This document shows positions 1 to 9,005 of a stretch of 64,000 nt of DNA, one piece after another. Both the position numbers and the translations under genes were made by a program. Under the pieces are notes generated by a model. The model saw only the letters and a program-made list of their open reading frames with translations. It ran no database searches and had not been told where the DNA came from. How positions within the stretch are numbered: position 1 is the stretch's first letter; every line of letters begins with the position of its first letter. The stretch spans positions 11,796 to 75,795 of the forward strand of contig JAYZBC010000051.1 of NCBI GenBank assembly GCA_036339375.1, read 5' to 3'. This DNA is from Pseudomonadota bacterium (GTDB lineage Bacteria; Pseudomonadota; Alphaproteobacteria; MPNO01; UBA2964).

Positions 1-1325
1 TTATTTCTCAAAGTGATGTCAAGCATGGAATGCTTCAGGGCATTAAAGATGCGATTGAGAACTGGTGGCTGGTGATAAGGTGCAGTGCCATTGGGATGTA
101 TATAGGCATTTTACCGGGACTTGGGGCTTCTATCGTCGACTGGGTTGCTTATGGACATGCAGTGCAAAGTTCCAAAGACCGTGACGAATTTGGAAAAGGG
201 GACGTTCGTGGTGTTATAGCACCGGAAAGCGCCAATAATGCGATGAAGGGTGCTTCACTGATACCTACAATAGCTTTTGGAATTCCAGGCAGTGCCACGA
301 TGGCCATTTTGCTAGGAGCCTTCCTCATCCAAGGAATTACCCCTGGCCCAGCCATGCTTACAGATAAACTCCATATTACTTTTTCCATGATGTGGACCGT
401 TGTAATTGCCAATATTTTCGGTGCAGGTCTTTTAATGATATGGTCCAAGCAGTTGGCCAAAGTGACTTTTATACGCAGTGAATTAATCATTCCTGCTATC
501 ATCCTATTTGTCTTCATGGGATCTTGGATGTCCGGATCTGTAATGGGCGACTGGTACCTGTTTCTTATTTTAGGATTGCTTGGTTTGGTAATGCGTTATG
601 CTGGTTGGCCACGAGCACCGTTTGTTCTCGGGTTTGTGTTGGGCTCCATAATGGAAACCGCTTTGGACATAACCCTTCAAAAATATACTTGGGACTGGGT
701 CCTGCGTCCTGTAAGTGGGGTCATCGCTGCATTGGCCATCCTTACTGTGGTAATTTCTGCATCCGGCATTATTAAACGAAGGCGAGAATCACCAAACGCT
801 GCTGCTGGTGAAGGAGCAGCTACTGGGAGAGAAGCAGAACTCCAGAAATTCACCTCGCTTCCTTTTGCTATTTTTATGTTAGCAATTTTTGTTTATGCAA
901 TCATTGAAGCACATAGTTGGCGACAAGAAGGTGGACGTATTGCATTAACGTTTTGTTATCCAGGGGCTCTTTTTTGCCTTGGTATGATTTTCAATGATAT
1001 TAAAGAGTTTGCGAAGACGAGCAAAGGAGAGAAGTTTACATCTCTTTTCTCTCTATATGCGAAAACGCTCCGTGAATCTAAGGAACCTCTGGGCATATTA
1101 GGGATGTACGGCTGGTTCGCGGGGATCGTCATTTTTACCTATATAGCCGGGCAAATGGTGGCCCTTCCCCTTTATGTTTTTGTTTTTCTTAAGATTTGGC
1201 GGAAGGAGTCCTGGACACTCTCTTTAATTTATACATTCTGCTCTTGGTTGTTGCTTTGGGGCATGTTCGGCGAAATTATTCACATAGTTTGGCACCCCCC
1301 AATCTTTGATTTCTTTCCCCAATAA
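1..1325 (+). CDS. tctA: Tripartite tricarboxylate transporter large subunit TctA fused to a C-terminal TctB-like domain; 5'-truncated by the window edge
   Basis: Frame is open from position 3 (ISQSDVKHG-MLQG). It carries the TctA motifs GILPGLGA, GVIAPESANNA and FGIPGS. About 170 extra hydrophobic residues follow the TctA end and resemble TctB. Confidence 0.88.
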   Translation, partial: ISQSDVKHGMLQGIKDAIENWWLVIRCSAIGMYIGILPGLGASIVDWVAYGHAVQSSKDRDEFGKGDVRGVIAPESANNAMKGASLIPTIAFGIPGSATMAILLGAFLIQGITPGPAMLTDKLHITFSMMWTVVIANIFGAGLLMIWSKQLAKVTFIRSELIIPAIILFVFMGSWMSGSVMGDWYLFLILGLLGLVMRYAGWPRAPFVLGFVLGSIMETALDITLQKYTWDWVLRPVSGVIAALAILTVVISASGIIKRRRESPNAAAGEGAATGREAELQKFTSLPFAIFMLAIFVYAIIEAHSWRQEGGRIALTFCYPGALFCLGMIFNDIKEFAKTSKGEKFTSLFSLYAKTLRESKEPLGILGMYGWFAGIVIFTYIAGQMVALPLYVFVFLKIWRKESWTLSLIYTFCSWLLLWGMFGEIIHIVWHPPIFDFFPQ

Positions 1326-1342
1326 CCCTAAGGAAAATTAAT

Positions 1343-2158
1343 ATGTCCGAAGCTGTAGCTTTATATAATGTTGAGGGCGATGTTGCCATTATTTCCATGA
1401 ATCGTCCTGAAAAACGGAACGCCTTAAGCACTGAGTTAAAGGAAAAACTTATTGAATTTTTTCAAAAAGCGGATTCAGATGACAAAATTGCAGTTGTTGT
1501 TTTGAGAGGCAACGGAAAGTCCTTTTGTGCGGGTGCCGACATCAGCCCGAACCCAGCAAAAAAACAATACAAAGGCGATGCGCTAAAAACTCATGCGCAC
1601 CACTCAAAAACTTTAAATTTTCATATGACCCCTTGGGAATTAACTAAACCGGTAATCGCATCTATCCAGGGGCATGCGATGGGAGCAGGGTGCGAATTTG
1701 CTATGATGTGCGATATTTCAATTGCCGCTGATACAGCTGTTTTAGGGGAACCCGAAATTCGTTTTGCTTCTATTGGGTCAGCAGTCATCATGCCTTGGAT
1801 CATAGGGCATAAACGAGCACGTCAATTACTCTATTTAGGAGATACTATTTCTGCAGACCGTGCAGAACAAATTGGAATGATAAATTTAGTTGTCCCGGAA
1901 TCTATTCTTGAAGTTGAAACAATGAAATTTGCCCATCGGCTTGCCTTAGTGGGCCGTGAAACTTTAGGTGCTGCGAAAATGGCAATAAACAGGGGAATTG
2001 AGGCACAGGGTTTCCATGATGGTATGAAATCCGGTGTCGATACAGTGGCGATGATCCATACTTCAAAAATAGAATCCGATGAAAAATTTTACGAAAAAGT
2101 AGAGGGTGACGGCCCAGCAGCTGCTTTTCGGTGGAGAAATTCTCAATTTAAACAGTAA
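1343..2158 (+). CDS. Enoyl-CoA hydratase/isomerase (crotonase) family protein
   Basis: Motifs MNRPEKRNAL, FCAGADI, IASIQGHAMGAG and LGEPEIRF; AGGA RBS upstream. Confidence 0.9.
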   Translation: MSEAVALYNVEGDVAIISMNRPEKRNALSTELKEKLIEFFQKADSDDKIAVVVLRGNGKSFCAGADISPNPAKKQYKGDALKTHAHHSKTLNFHMTPWELTKPVIASIQGHAMGAGCEFAMMCDISIAADTAVLGEPEIRFASIGSAVIMPWIIGHKRARQLLYLGDTISADRAEQIGMINLVVPESILEVETMKFAHRLALVGRETLGAAKMAINRGIEAQGFHDGMKSGVDTVAMIHTSKIESDEKFYEKVEGDGPAAAFRWRNSQFKQ

Positions 2159-2165
2159 GAAAATT

Positions 2166-2194
2166 AAAAGGGCGGGTTTTAACCCGCCCTTTTT
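2166..2194. terminator. Bidirectional rho-independent terminator
   Basis: AAAA-GGGCGGGTT-TT-AACCCGCCC-TTTTT: perfect 9-bp stem with A and T tracts on either side, lying between two convergent genes. Confidence 0.88.
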
Positions 2195-2199
2195 GAAAT

Positions 2200-3036
2200 T
2201 TATTCCGCAGCTGTTTTGGCATACGGGCCAAGTCCTGGCCGATAAGTTTTATCATCGATAAATTGTTTTATACCCTTGTTCCGGCCATCAGTTTTATCTC
2301 GCACTGAAATTTCAGTAGCTTTCGCTGCCAAATAATCAAGGGCTTGGAAATAATCCATATTTTTAACTTGTTTGATCGCCTGTTTGGTGGCCCGCAAAGT
2401 TTCGGGATTAATTTTCATCAAACGTTCTGCTAAAGCGACTGTTTCCTCTCTAAGTTTCTCTTTTGGAAAAGCCTTGTTAATGAGTTTCATATCAGCAGCT
2501 TGTTTGCCATCAAACGGTTCGCCTGTGCAAGCATACCATAACGCATCCCGATAACAGAGTGTATCAACAACCACTTTACTGACCACACCTCCAGGTAAGA
2601 TTCCCCAGTTCACTTCAGAAAGGCCAAAGATTGCATCCTCTGAAGCTAATGCAAAATCGCAAGACACCAGTTGTGTAAAAGCACCCCCAAAACAATAGCC
2701 ATTGACCATTGCAATCGTGGGTTTATCAAACATAAAAAGCCTTAATCTTCGCCAACGCTCATTTGCTAAACTTACCTGTCGTCTAACAAAGGGTTTATCG
2801 TCTAATTCTCTAAAAAAGAGTTTTAGGTCCTGGCCCGCACACCAGCTCTCACCTTCTCCGGTTAAAACCATTACCTTGATGTCTGGATCTCCTTCTACCT
2901 GATCCACCACTTGATCCATGTCCCAATGCAAGTCAGGGCTCATGGCATTCCGTTTTTCGGGTCTATTCAGTGCAACCCACCCTATGCCATTTTCAACTTT
3001 AACCTTGACGTTCTCAAATTTGGAATAATCTGCCAT
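2200..3036 (-). CDS. ech: p-Hydroxycinnamoyl-CoA hydratase/lyase (feruloyl-CoA hydratase/lyase type crotonase)
   Basis: Signatures NRPEKRNAMSP, GLSEVNWGILPGG and C-terminal KQFIDDKTYRPGLGPY. Start placed at ATG 3036 behind a GGAGG RBS, rather than 3069. Confidence 0.82.
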   Translation of the reverse strand: MADYSKFENVKVKVENGIGWVALNRPEKRNAMSPDLHWDMDQVVDQVEGDPDIKVMVLTGEGESWCAGQDLKLFFRELDDKPFVRRQVSLANERWRRLRLFMFDKPTIAMVNGYCFGGAFTQLVSCDFALASEDAIFGLSEVNWGILPGGVVSKVVVDTLCYRDALWYACTGEPFDGKQAADMKLINKAFPKEKLREETVALAERLMKINPETLRATKQAIKQVKNMDYFQALDYLAAKATEISVRDKTDGRNKGIKQFIDDKTYRPGLGPYAKTAAE

Positions 3037-3138
3037 ATTGGGTCCTCCCTTTGTGTTGTTAGTTGTCAATTTTTAGTTATTTGTGACAATATACTTGTTA
3101 GTTGTTTTGTGCCAGTTGGCCCTTATTTTTACTGAGGA

Positions 3139-3978
3139 ATGGAAATAACAATGCCCAAAGCTCTTACAATAGACCAGGTTAGTAATTTCAAAAGAAATGG
3201 TTTTTTGTTTCCGTTTGACGTTTACTCAAAAACGGAAGCAGCCCAACTTTGGCAGAAATTTGATGTACTTGAAAAAGAGCTGGGCGAAGAACCACAAACA
3301 CGTTTTCGTATTAAAGCCCACCTGCCGTTTCCCTGGCTTTGTGACGTAGTTAGTAACCATCGGCTCCTTGACGCCGTAGAAGATTTAATCGGGCCAAATA
3401 TACTGTGTTGGGGTGCTTCTTTTTTCACCAAGAAAGCACATGATCCACGTTTTATATCATGGCACACAGACAGTTTTGTTTATGGTTTTGAGCCTGCTGA
3501 AACTCTGACCGCTTGGCTCGGTTTTAATGATTCTTCTATGGAATCGGGTTGCCTAAAATATATTCCGGGTTCTCACAAAAAGGTTTCCATCCATGAAATA
3601 AAACCCGACCCAGATAACCTCGCAAACTTAGGTCAAAATGTCATAGACGTTCCTGAAGAGAAGGCCGTCTATGCCGAATTAAAGGCAGGGGAAGTTGTAT
3701 TCCATCATGAAAGTGTGGTGCATAGTTCCGAACCTAATCGTGCCAATCACCCACGGGTAGGTTTTTCTATTCATTATGTAGCGCCACATGTCCGTGAAAC
3801 AAGGTTTGAAGATGCAACGGCTTTACTGGTGCGGGGCAAAGATGATTTTGGTTTTTGGAATAAGGATCCATTACCTAAAAAAGACTTAGATCCCATCTGC
3901 ATCCAAGCCATGGAGGATACAAGAAAAAAATTCATGTCCATTACCGAAAAGAAAATTGAAGCAGGCGGTAGGAGCTAA
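3139..3978 (+). CDS. Phytanoyl-CoA dioxygenase (PhyH) family Fe(II)/2-oxoglutarate oxygenase
   Basis: HxD motif (WHTD), distal His (VVHSS) and 2OG-binding Arg (PRVGFS). Alternative start at 3151. Confidence 0.87.
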   Translation: MEITMPKALTIDQVSNFKRNGFLFPFDVYSKTEAAQLWQKFDVLEKELGEEPQTRFRIKAHLPFPWLCDVVSNHRLLDAVEDLIGPNILCWGASFFTKKAHDPRFISWHTDSFVYGFEPAETLTAWLGFNDSSMESGCLKYIPGSHKKVSIHEIKPDPDNLANLGQNVIDVPEEKAVYAELKAGEVVFHHESVVHSSEPNRANHPRVGFSIHYVAPHVRETRFEDATALLVRGKDDFGFWNKDPLPKKDLDPICIQAMEDTRKKFMSITEKKIEAGGRS

Positions 3979-4170
3979 ACAAACTAAGGGTCAAAAATAT
4001 TATATCTTCCAATATTTTTTAGTCTTTTCTACCCCTAAACATGAACTCTCATGGGTATTTTTATGGTTTTAATAATGGAAAAGAAGAAGGTTTTTCCTTC
4101 TCATCCAATCCTGGAAATGTTTTAAATTAGAAGTTTAAATTCCTTTACCGAACCTTGAAAATGACGGTGT

Positions 4171-4953
4171 TTAGGTTCGATAGGATGAATCCAATTTATC
4201 CATTTTGCGCATTAACGCTGGCCAAGCGGGATGCCCGTTGGACATATTATTTGGACGCCAGCTTTGTTCTGCTGACTTTTGCAAAACCTCTTCAGAAGGA
4301 ATTTCGAGTTCAGCGCCACCAGCCATAGCTGCCAATTGAGCACGACAAGCTTTTTCTAAATTATACATCAAATAGAAGGCTTCACCCAAATTTCGACCCA
4401 ATGTAAGAAGGCCATGATTGCGGAGAATCATGGCGTAATGTTCGCCGAGGTCATTCACTATCCGCTCACGTTCATCAATATCTAGTGTTACCCCTTCGTA
4501 GTCGTGATAAGCGATGCGGTCATAAAATCGGATGGCACTCATATTTAAGGGGAGAAGGCCCTTTTTTTGCGAAGAAACTGCCATTCCTGCTTCAGTATGT
4601 GTATGCATGGCACAAGTAATATCTTTTCTTGCACCGTGAATGGCACTATGGATTACAAACCCGGCCTGATTGATTGAAAAATCAGTTTCTAAAATCTTAT
4701 TGCCATCCAAATCAATTTTCACCAGGCTTGATGCCGTAACTTCATCAAACAAAAGCCCGTAAGGATTCAGAAGAAAGTGTTCTTGATCTCCAGGAACACG
4801 GAGCGAAATATGATTAGCAATTACGTGTGTCCAACCGAAGTGAGCAACAAGCCTGTAAGCACAGGCCAGATTAACCCGCGCTTCCCATTCTTCATCACAT
4901 ACCTTATCCTTAAGTGTAGGAATATTATTTACTTGTGTTCCATCCGGTGCCAC
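4171..4953 (-). CDS. Class II aldolase/adducin family protein
   Basis: Motifs NHISLRVP, LLNPYGLLFDEVTASSL, HSAIH, HTHT and LRNHG. GTG start with GGAGG RBS. Confidence 0.9.
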   Translation of the reverse strand: MAPDGTQVNNIPTLKDKVCDEEWEARVNLACAYRLVAHFGWTHVIANHISLRVPGDQEHFLLNPYGLLFDEVTASSLVKIDLDGNKILETDFSINQAGFVIHSAIHGARKDITCAMHTHTEAGMAVSSQKKGLLPLNMSAIRFYDRIAYHDYEGVTLDIDERERIVNDLGEHYAMILRNHGLLTLGRNLGEAFYLMYNLEKACRAQLAAMAGGAELEIPSEEVLQKSAEQSWRPNNMSNGHPAWPALMRKMDKLDSSYRT

Positions 4954-5227
4954 GAAGACCTCCCCACCTGGAAATGAAAATCCGTAAAATAAAGTTTAAG
5001 CCGGGAACAAGCGTTTAACAAATAAATTAAAAAATAATTATACTAATCTCTTTTTCAGTTATTTAATTTTAGCTGTTCTATCCAAAACTCTTAAAACCTT
5101 CAACAAATGTTAATGGTTACCCAATTTCTCAAAGTTTTGTACTTTCAACCATTTTCATCCGAAAAAAACGATGTTTAACTGCACAATACCCGAACGATTT
5201 TCTACAAATTAGGGGAGACTAGAACCA

Positions 5228-5596
5228 ATGTTTAAACGCATTGACCATATCGCTCTTGATGTTGCTGATATTGATAAATCTATTGCCTTTTACGAGAAAC
5301 ATTTTTCTTGCAAATTATATTATGAACACCTTTCTAGTGGGGGATTTAGGATTGCGTACCTGCGATCAGGGGATACTGTATTGGAGCTTGTACACCGTGA
5401 TGCTGGTGGCATGAACGGGTTTCATTTCTGTTTTGAAACAGACAATTTTGAGGGTGAAGTAATCAGGCTTAAGAAAGCTGGTATTGAATGTTTAACAGAA
5501 CCTCACGATACAGACGCGCGCGAAAAACGCGAAAAAGGTTGGCGCCGCGTCGTTTTCAAAGGCCTAGACGGTGAATTAATTGAATTTAGGGGTTAA
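5228..5596 (+). CDS. VOC/glyoxalase family protein
   Basis: IDHIALDV...LEL...HFCFE...IEF metal-ligand pattern; GGAG RBS. Confidence 0.85.
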   Translation: MFKRIDHIALDVADIDKSIAFYEKHFSCKLYYEHLSSGGFRIAYLRSGDTVLELVHRDAGGMNGFHFCFETDNFEGEVIRLKKAGIECLTEPHDTDAREKREKGWRRVVFKGLDGELIEFRG

Positions 5597-5637
5597 CACG
5601 AAAAAGTTTGCATACATTGACCTCGGGGGATTAAGAA

Positions 5638-6396
5638 ATGGGACCATTAAATGAAAAAGTTGCTTTCATTACTGCAGCGGGAGGTGGAATTGCGAGCGCA
5701 ATTGCACGAAGATTTGCCGCGGAAGGTTGCACGGTAATTTGCGTGGATATTGAACAAAAGACCGTAAGTAAAACAGTTGCTGATATTGTGGAGGTTGGAG
5801 GCAAAGCTGTTGCAAAAATTTGCAACGTAGCAATTCAAGAGGAAGTAAAAAAAACGTTAGATGGTGCGGCTTCAGAATTTGGTAGGTTGGATATTGTAGT
5901 CAATGCAGCTGCCACTTCCGAGCCCCTCCATACTGTAGAAAATATGCCGCTTGATGTCTGGAAAAATGTTTTAGACGTCAATCTGACCGGGATGTTTTTG
6001 GTGGCTAAACATGCAATCCCTCATATGAAAATTACGGGAGGGGGACGATTTATTAATATTTCTTCGACCTTCGGGCATATCGCCTGGCCACAACGCCCTG
6101 CTTATATGGCCACCAAGGGCGCCGTTCGACAGTTAACGAAATCTATAGCTCTTGATTTTGCGAGTGATAATATACGCGCCAATAGTATCCTTCCTGGTGC
6201 TATTGAAACCAATAGGCTTTTGGAAAGAACACCAACAATGGAGCAAGTAAGAGAGAGAATGGTCCCCAAACACCCCATTGGCCGTTTGGGGCAACCAGAA
6301 GATATTGCCAATGCCGCGTTTTTTTTGGCAAGCGAACAATCAAGCTTTATGACCGGCTCCGATTTATTTGTGGATGGTGGATTTACAATGGTTTAA
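5638..6396 (+). CDS. Short-chain dehydrogenase/reductase (SDR), paralog 1 of 3
   Basis: YxxxK (PAYMATK), NIRANSILPG and DGG C-terminus; atypical TAAGGGIA Rossmann motif. Confidence 0.9.
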   Translation: MGPLNEKVAFITAAGGGIASAIARRFAAEGCTVICVDIEQKTVSKTVADIVEVGGKAVAKICNVAIQEEVKKTLDGAASEFGRLDIVVNAAATSEPLHTVENMPLDVWKNVLDVNLTGMFLVAKHAIPHMKITGGGRFINISSTFGHIAWPQRPAYMATKGAVRQLTKSIALDFASDNIRANSILPGAIETNRLLERTPTMEQVRERMVPKHPIGRLGQPEDIANAAFFLASEQSSFMTGSDLFVDGGFTMV

Positions 6397-6417
6397 AAAA
6401 CAAGATTTGGAGAAAAA

Positions 6418-7176
6418 ATGGGACAACTCGATGGAAAAGTAGCCTTTATTACAGCCGCTGGAGGAGCTATCGCCGGAGCTACCGCTAGGTTATTTTCAAA
6501 AGAAGGAGCCGCCGTGTGTTGCATAGACATTTTAGAAAGAAATGTCAAAGAAACTGCTAACGATATCAATGAAGGTGGAGGAAATTCGATAGCGCTTGTC
6601 TGTGATGTCACTGATGACAAAGCTGTTGCAGACGCAGTAGAGAAAACCGTTAAAGAGTTTGGAAAACTTGATGTGTGTTTTAATGCTGCAGCCTATTCGG
6701 AAAAGAGACACAGGTTAGCCGAAATGCCTCTCGAAATGTGGAAAAATGTTATCGACGTTAATTTAACGGGCATGTTCATAGTAGCACGCAACGTGATACC
6801 AAAAATGCAATCAACTGGTGGAGGATCAATTATCAACGTGTCTTCCATTTACGGACTCGTGGGTGCCAAAGAACGTCCCGCGTATTGCGCTGCAAAAGGG
6901 GGAGTCCGGATGCTCTCTAAGTCGATTGCCGTCGATTACGCTGCCGATAACATCCGTGCAAATTCCATCATGCCTGGGCCGATAGAAACGCCAAGACTTC
7001 TCGCACGAAATCCTTCCATTGAAGCAGTAATTGAACGGCACGGCCCTCGCCTTCACCAAAAAAGACTCGGTAAACCAGAAGAGATTGCTCAAACCGCCTT
7101 ATTTCTTGCTAGCGATGAGTCAAGCTTTACATCCGGTGCAGATATGGTTGTTGATGCCGCATATACGGCATTCTGA
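6418..7176 (+). CDS. SDR, paralog 2 of 3
   Basis: PAYCAAK and NIRANSIMPG; TAAGGAIA motif. Confidence 0.9.
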   Translation: MGQLDGKVAFITAAGGAIAGATARLFSKEGAAVCCIDILERNVKETANDINEGGGNSIALVCDVTDDKAVADAVEKTVKEFGKLDVCFNAAAYSEKRHRLAEMPLEMWKNVIDVNLTGMFIVARNVIPKMQSTGGGSIINVSSIYGLVGAKERPAYCAAKGGVRMLSKSIAVDYAADNIRANSIMPGPIETPRLLARNPSIEAVIERHGPRLHQKRLGKPEEIAQTALFLASDESSFTSGADMVVDAAYTAF

Positions 7177-7189
7177 TAGGGAGAATTAA

Positions 7190-7948
7190 ATGGGCCGATT
7201 AAATAAAAAGGTTGCGTTTGTAACGGCATCTGGTGGTGCAATTGCGGGAGCAACTGCGCGTTTGTTTGGATTAGAGGGTGCCGCTGTTGCTTGCGTGGAC
7301 ATAGCAGAGGAAAATGTAAAAAAAACTGCCGAAGATATTGAAAACAATGGTGGAAAGGCCATTTCCATTAAATGTGACGTTACGAATGAAGAAGCAGTCC
7401 AGAATGCCTTAAAAAAAACTGTCTCTGTCTTTGGAAAATTGGATGTGGTGTTTAATGCCGCAGCTTATCCCGACCCGCTACTACCTGCCCATGAATTAGA
7501 TGTTGAGGTTTGGCGCAAAACTTTTGATGTCAATGTCACAGGAATGTTTATTGTGACCAAATATGCTATCCCGTTTATGAAAGCTGCGGGTGGTGGTTCG
7601 TTTATCAATGTTTCATCAATTTATGGTGCACGTTCGGCTCGAAAACGCCCCGCTTATTGTTCTTCTAAAGGCGCTGTCCGTATGCTTTCGAAGTCAGTAG
7701 CAGTAGACTACGCGTTAGATAATATTCGCGCTAATTCTATCTTACCGGGTCCGATAGAAACCCCGCGCCTTTTAATTGCCAATTCTAATATGCAAGATGT
7801 CATTGAACGTCATCGACCGCATCTCCCTGCAGCACGCCTCGGACAACCTGAAGAAATAGCGAAAACGGCACTATTTTTAGCAAGCGATGCCTCAAGTTTT
7901 ATGTCAGGGAACGATTGTTTTGTAGATGGAGCTTATAACGCCATTTAA
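7190..7948 (+). CDS. SDR, paralog 3 of 3
   Basis: PAYCSSK and NIRANSILPG; TASGGAIA motif. Confidence 0.9.
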   Translation: MGRLNKKVAFVTASGGAIAGATARLFGLEGAAVACVDIAEENVKKTAEDIENNGGKAISIKCDVTNEEAVQNALKKTVSVFGKLDVVFNAAAYPDPLLPAHELDVEVWRKTFDVNVTGMFIVTKYAIPFMKAAGGGSFINVSSIYGARSARKRPAYCSSKGAVRMLSKSVAVDYALDNIRANSILPGPIETPRLLIANSNMQDVIERHRPHLPAARLGQPEEIAKTALFLASDASSFMSGNDCFVDGAYNAI

Positions 7949-7973
7949 AAAAATGGATAACAAGGAAAGATAA

Positions 7974-8948
7974 ATGATCCAAACGCCAATTTGCGAATTA
8001 CTTGACATTGAACATCCCATCGCAATTGGCGGTATGGGTTCAGTTTTTTCACCCGATTTGGTTGCATCCGTCTCTAATGCTGGCGGTTTAGGAGCTTTAG
8101 GTTGTCACAATCTTAGTACAACACAAATAAATGATGCAGTCACAACCATCCGTACTCTTACCAAAAATGTTTTTGCCCTCAATTTTTTAATTTTCGACAT
8201 AGTGGAAGAATGTTTTGAAACTGCCTTAGAGAAAAAACCCGCGATCATCGCCTTTGCATGGCCGTATGCGCATCAAAACATAGGATCCTACATAGACCGC
8301 GCCCATAACGCCGGGTGCAAAGTAACGTTTATGGTAAATGGAGTCCCGGAAGCTATCAAAGCTGCCAAAGCTGGAGCTGACGTAATAATTGCACAAGGTA
8401 CCGAGGGAGGTGGCCATGTTGGGTGGATAAGCACAATGTGTCTAGTCCCAATGGTCGTAGACGCGGTAGCACCCATCCCAGTCCTTGCCGCCGGTGGTTT
8501 CGCAGATGGACGTGGCTTGGCCGCAGCTCTTTCTCTGGGCGCAGACGGTGTCTTAATGGGAACCAGATTTTTAGCTAGCGAAGAATCACCTCTCCATAAA
8601 AACTTTAAACAAGCTATTCTGGACACAGATGGACATAACACACTGCTTACCGAAATTCCTGACCTCGCTGCAGGTAAAGTATGGCCGGGCGCAATGTCAC
8701 GTGCATACCGAAACCAATTTATTGAACGATGGGCTGGCCGCGAATTTGAAATACGTCAAAAACGCGAAGAGATTTTTGAAACTGTAAAAGGGGCCCGGCT
8801 CGCCGGTAATATTGATGAAGCCCCACTCTCTATGGGGCAAGATTCCGGCTTAATTAACGACATACCCAGTGCCAGCAAAATTGTAAAACGCGTAGCAGAG
8901 GAAGCAGAACAAATCATGGGGTCTGTATTACCCAGATTTTTAAAATGA
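7974..8948 (+). CDS. Nitronate monooxygenase / 2-nitropropane dioxygenase-like FMN protein
   Basis: Motifs VSNAGGLG, IAQGTEGGGH, VLAAGGFADGRG and VLMGTRF. Confidence 0.88.
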   Translation: MIQTPICELLDIEHPIAIGGMGSVFSPDLVASVSNAGGLGALGCHNLSTTQINDAVTTIRTLTKNVFALNFLIFDIVEECFETALEKKPAIIAFAWPYAHQNIGSYIDRAHNAGCKVTFMVNGVPEAIKAAKAGADVIIAQGTEGGGHVGWISTMCLVPMVVDAVAPIPVLAAGGFADGRGLAAALSLGADGVLMGTRFLASEESPLHKNFKQAILDTDGHNTLLTEIPDLAAGKVWPGAMSRAYRNQFIERWAGREFEIRQKREEIFETVKGARLAGNIDEAPLSMGQDSGLINDIPSASKIVKRVAEEAEQIMGSVLPRFLK

Positions 8949-9005
8949 AGGATAAACCAAGTTGGGCAGTTTGCGACTTAGTGATTGTTAACGTTGAAAC
9001 AAAAT

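Noticed and set aside
3139-3978. Fe/2OG halogenase
   Set aside because: It has HxD (WHTD); halogenases replace the Asp with Ala or Gly.
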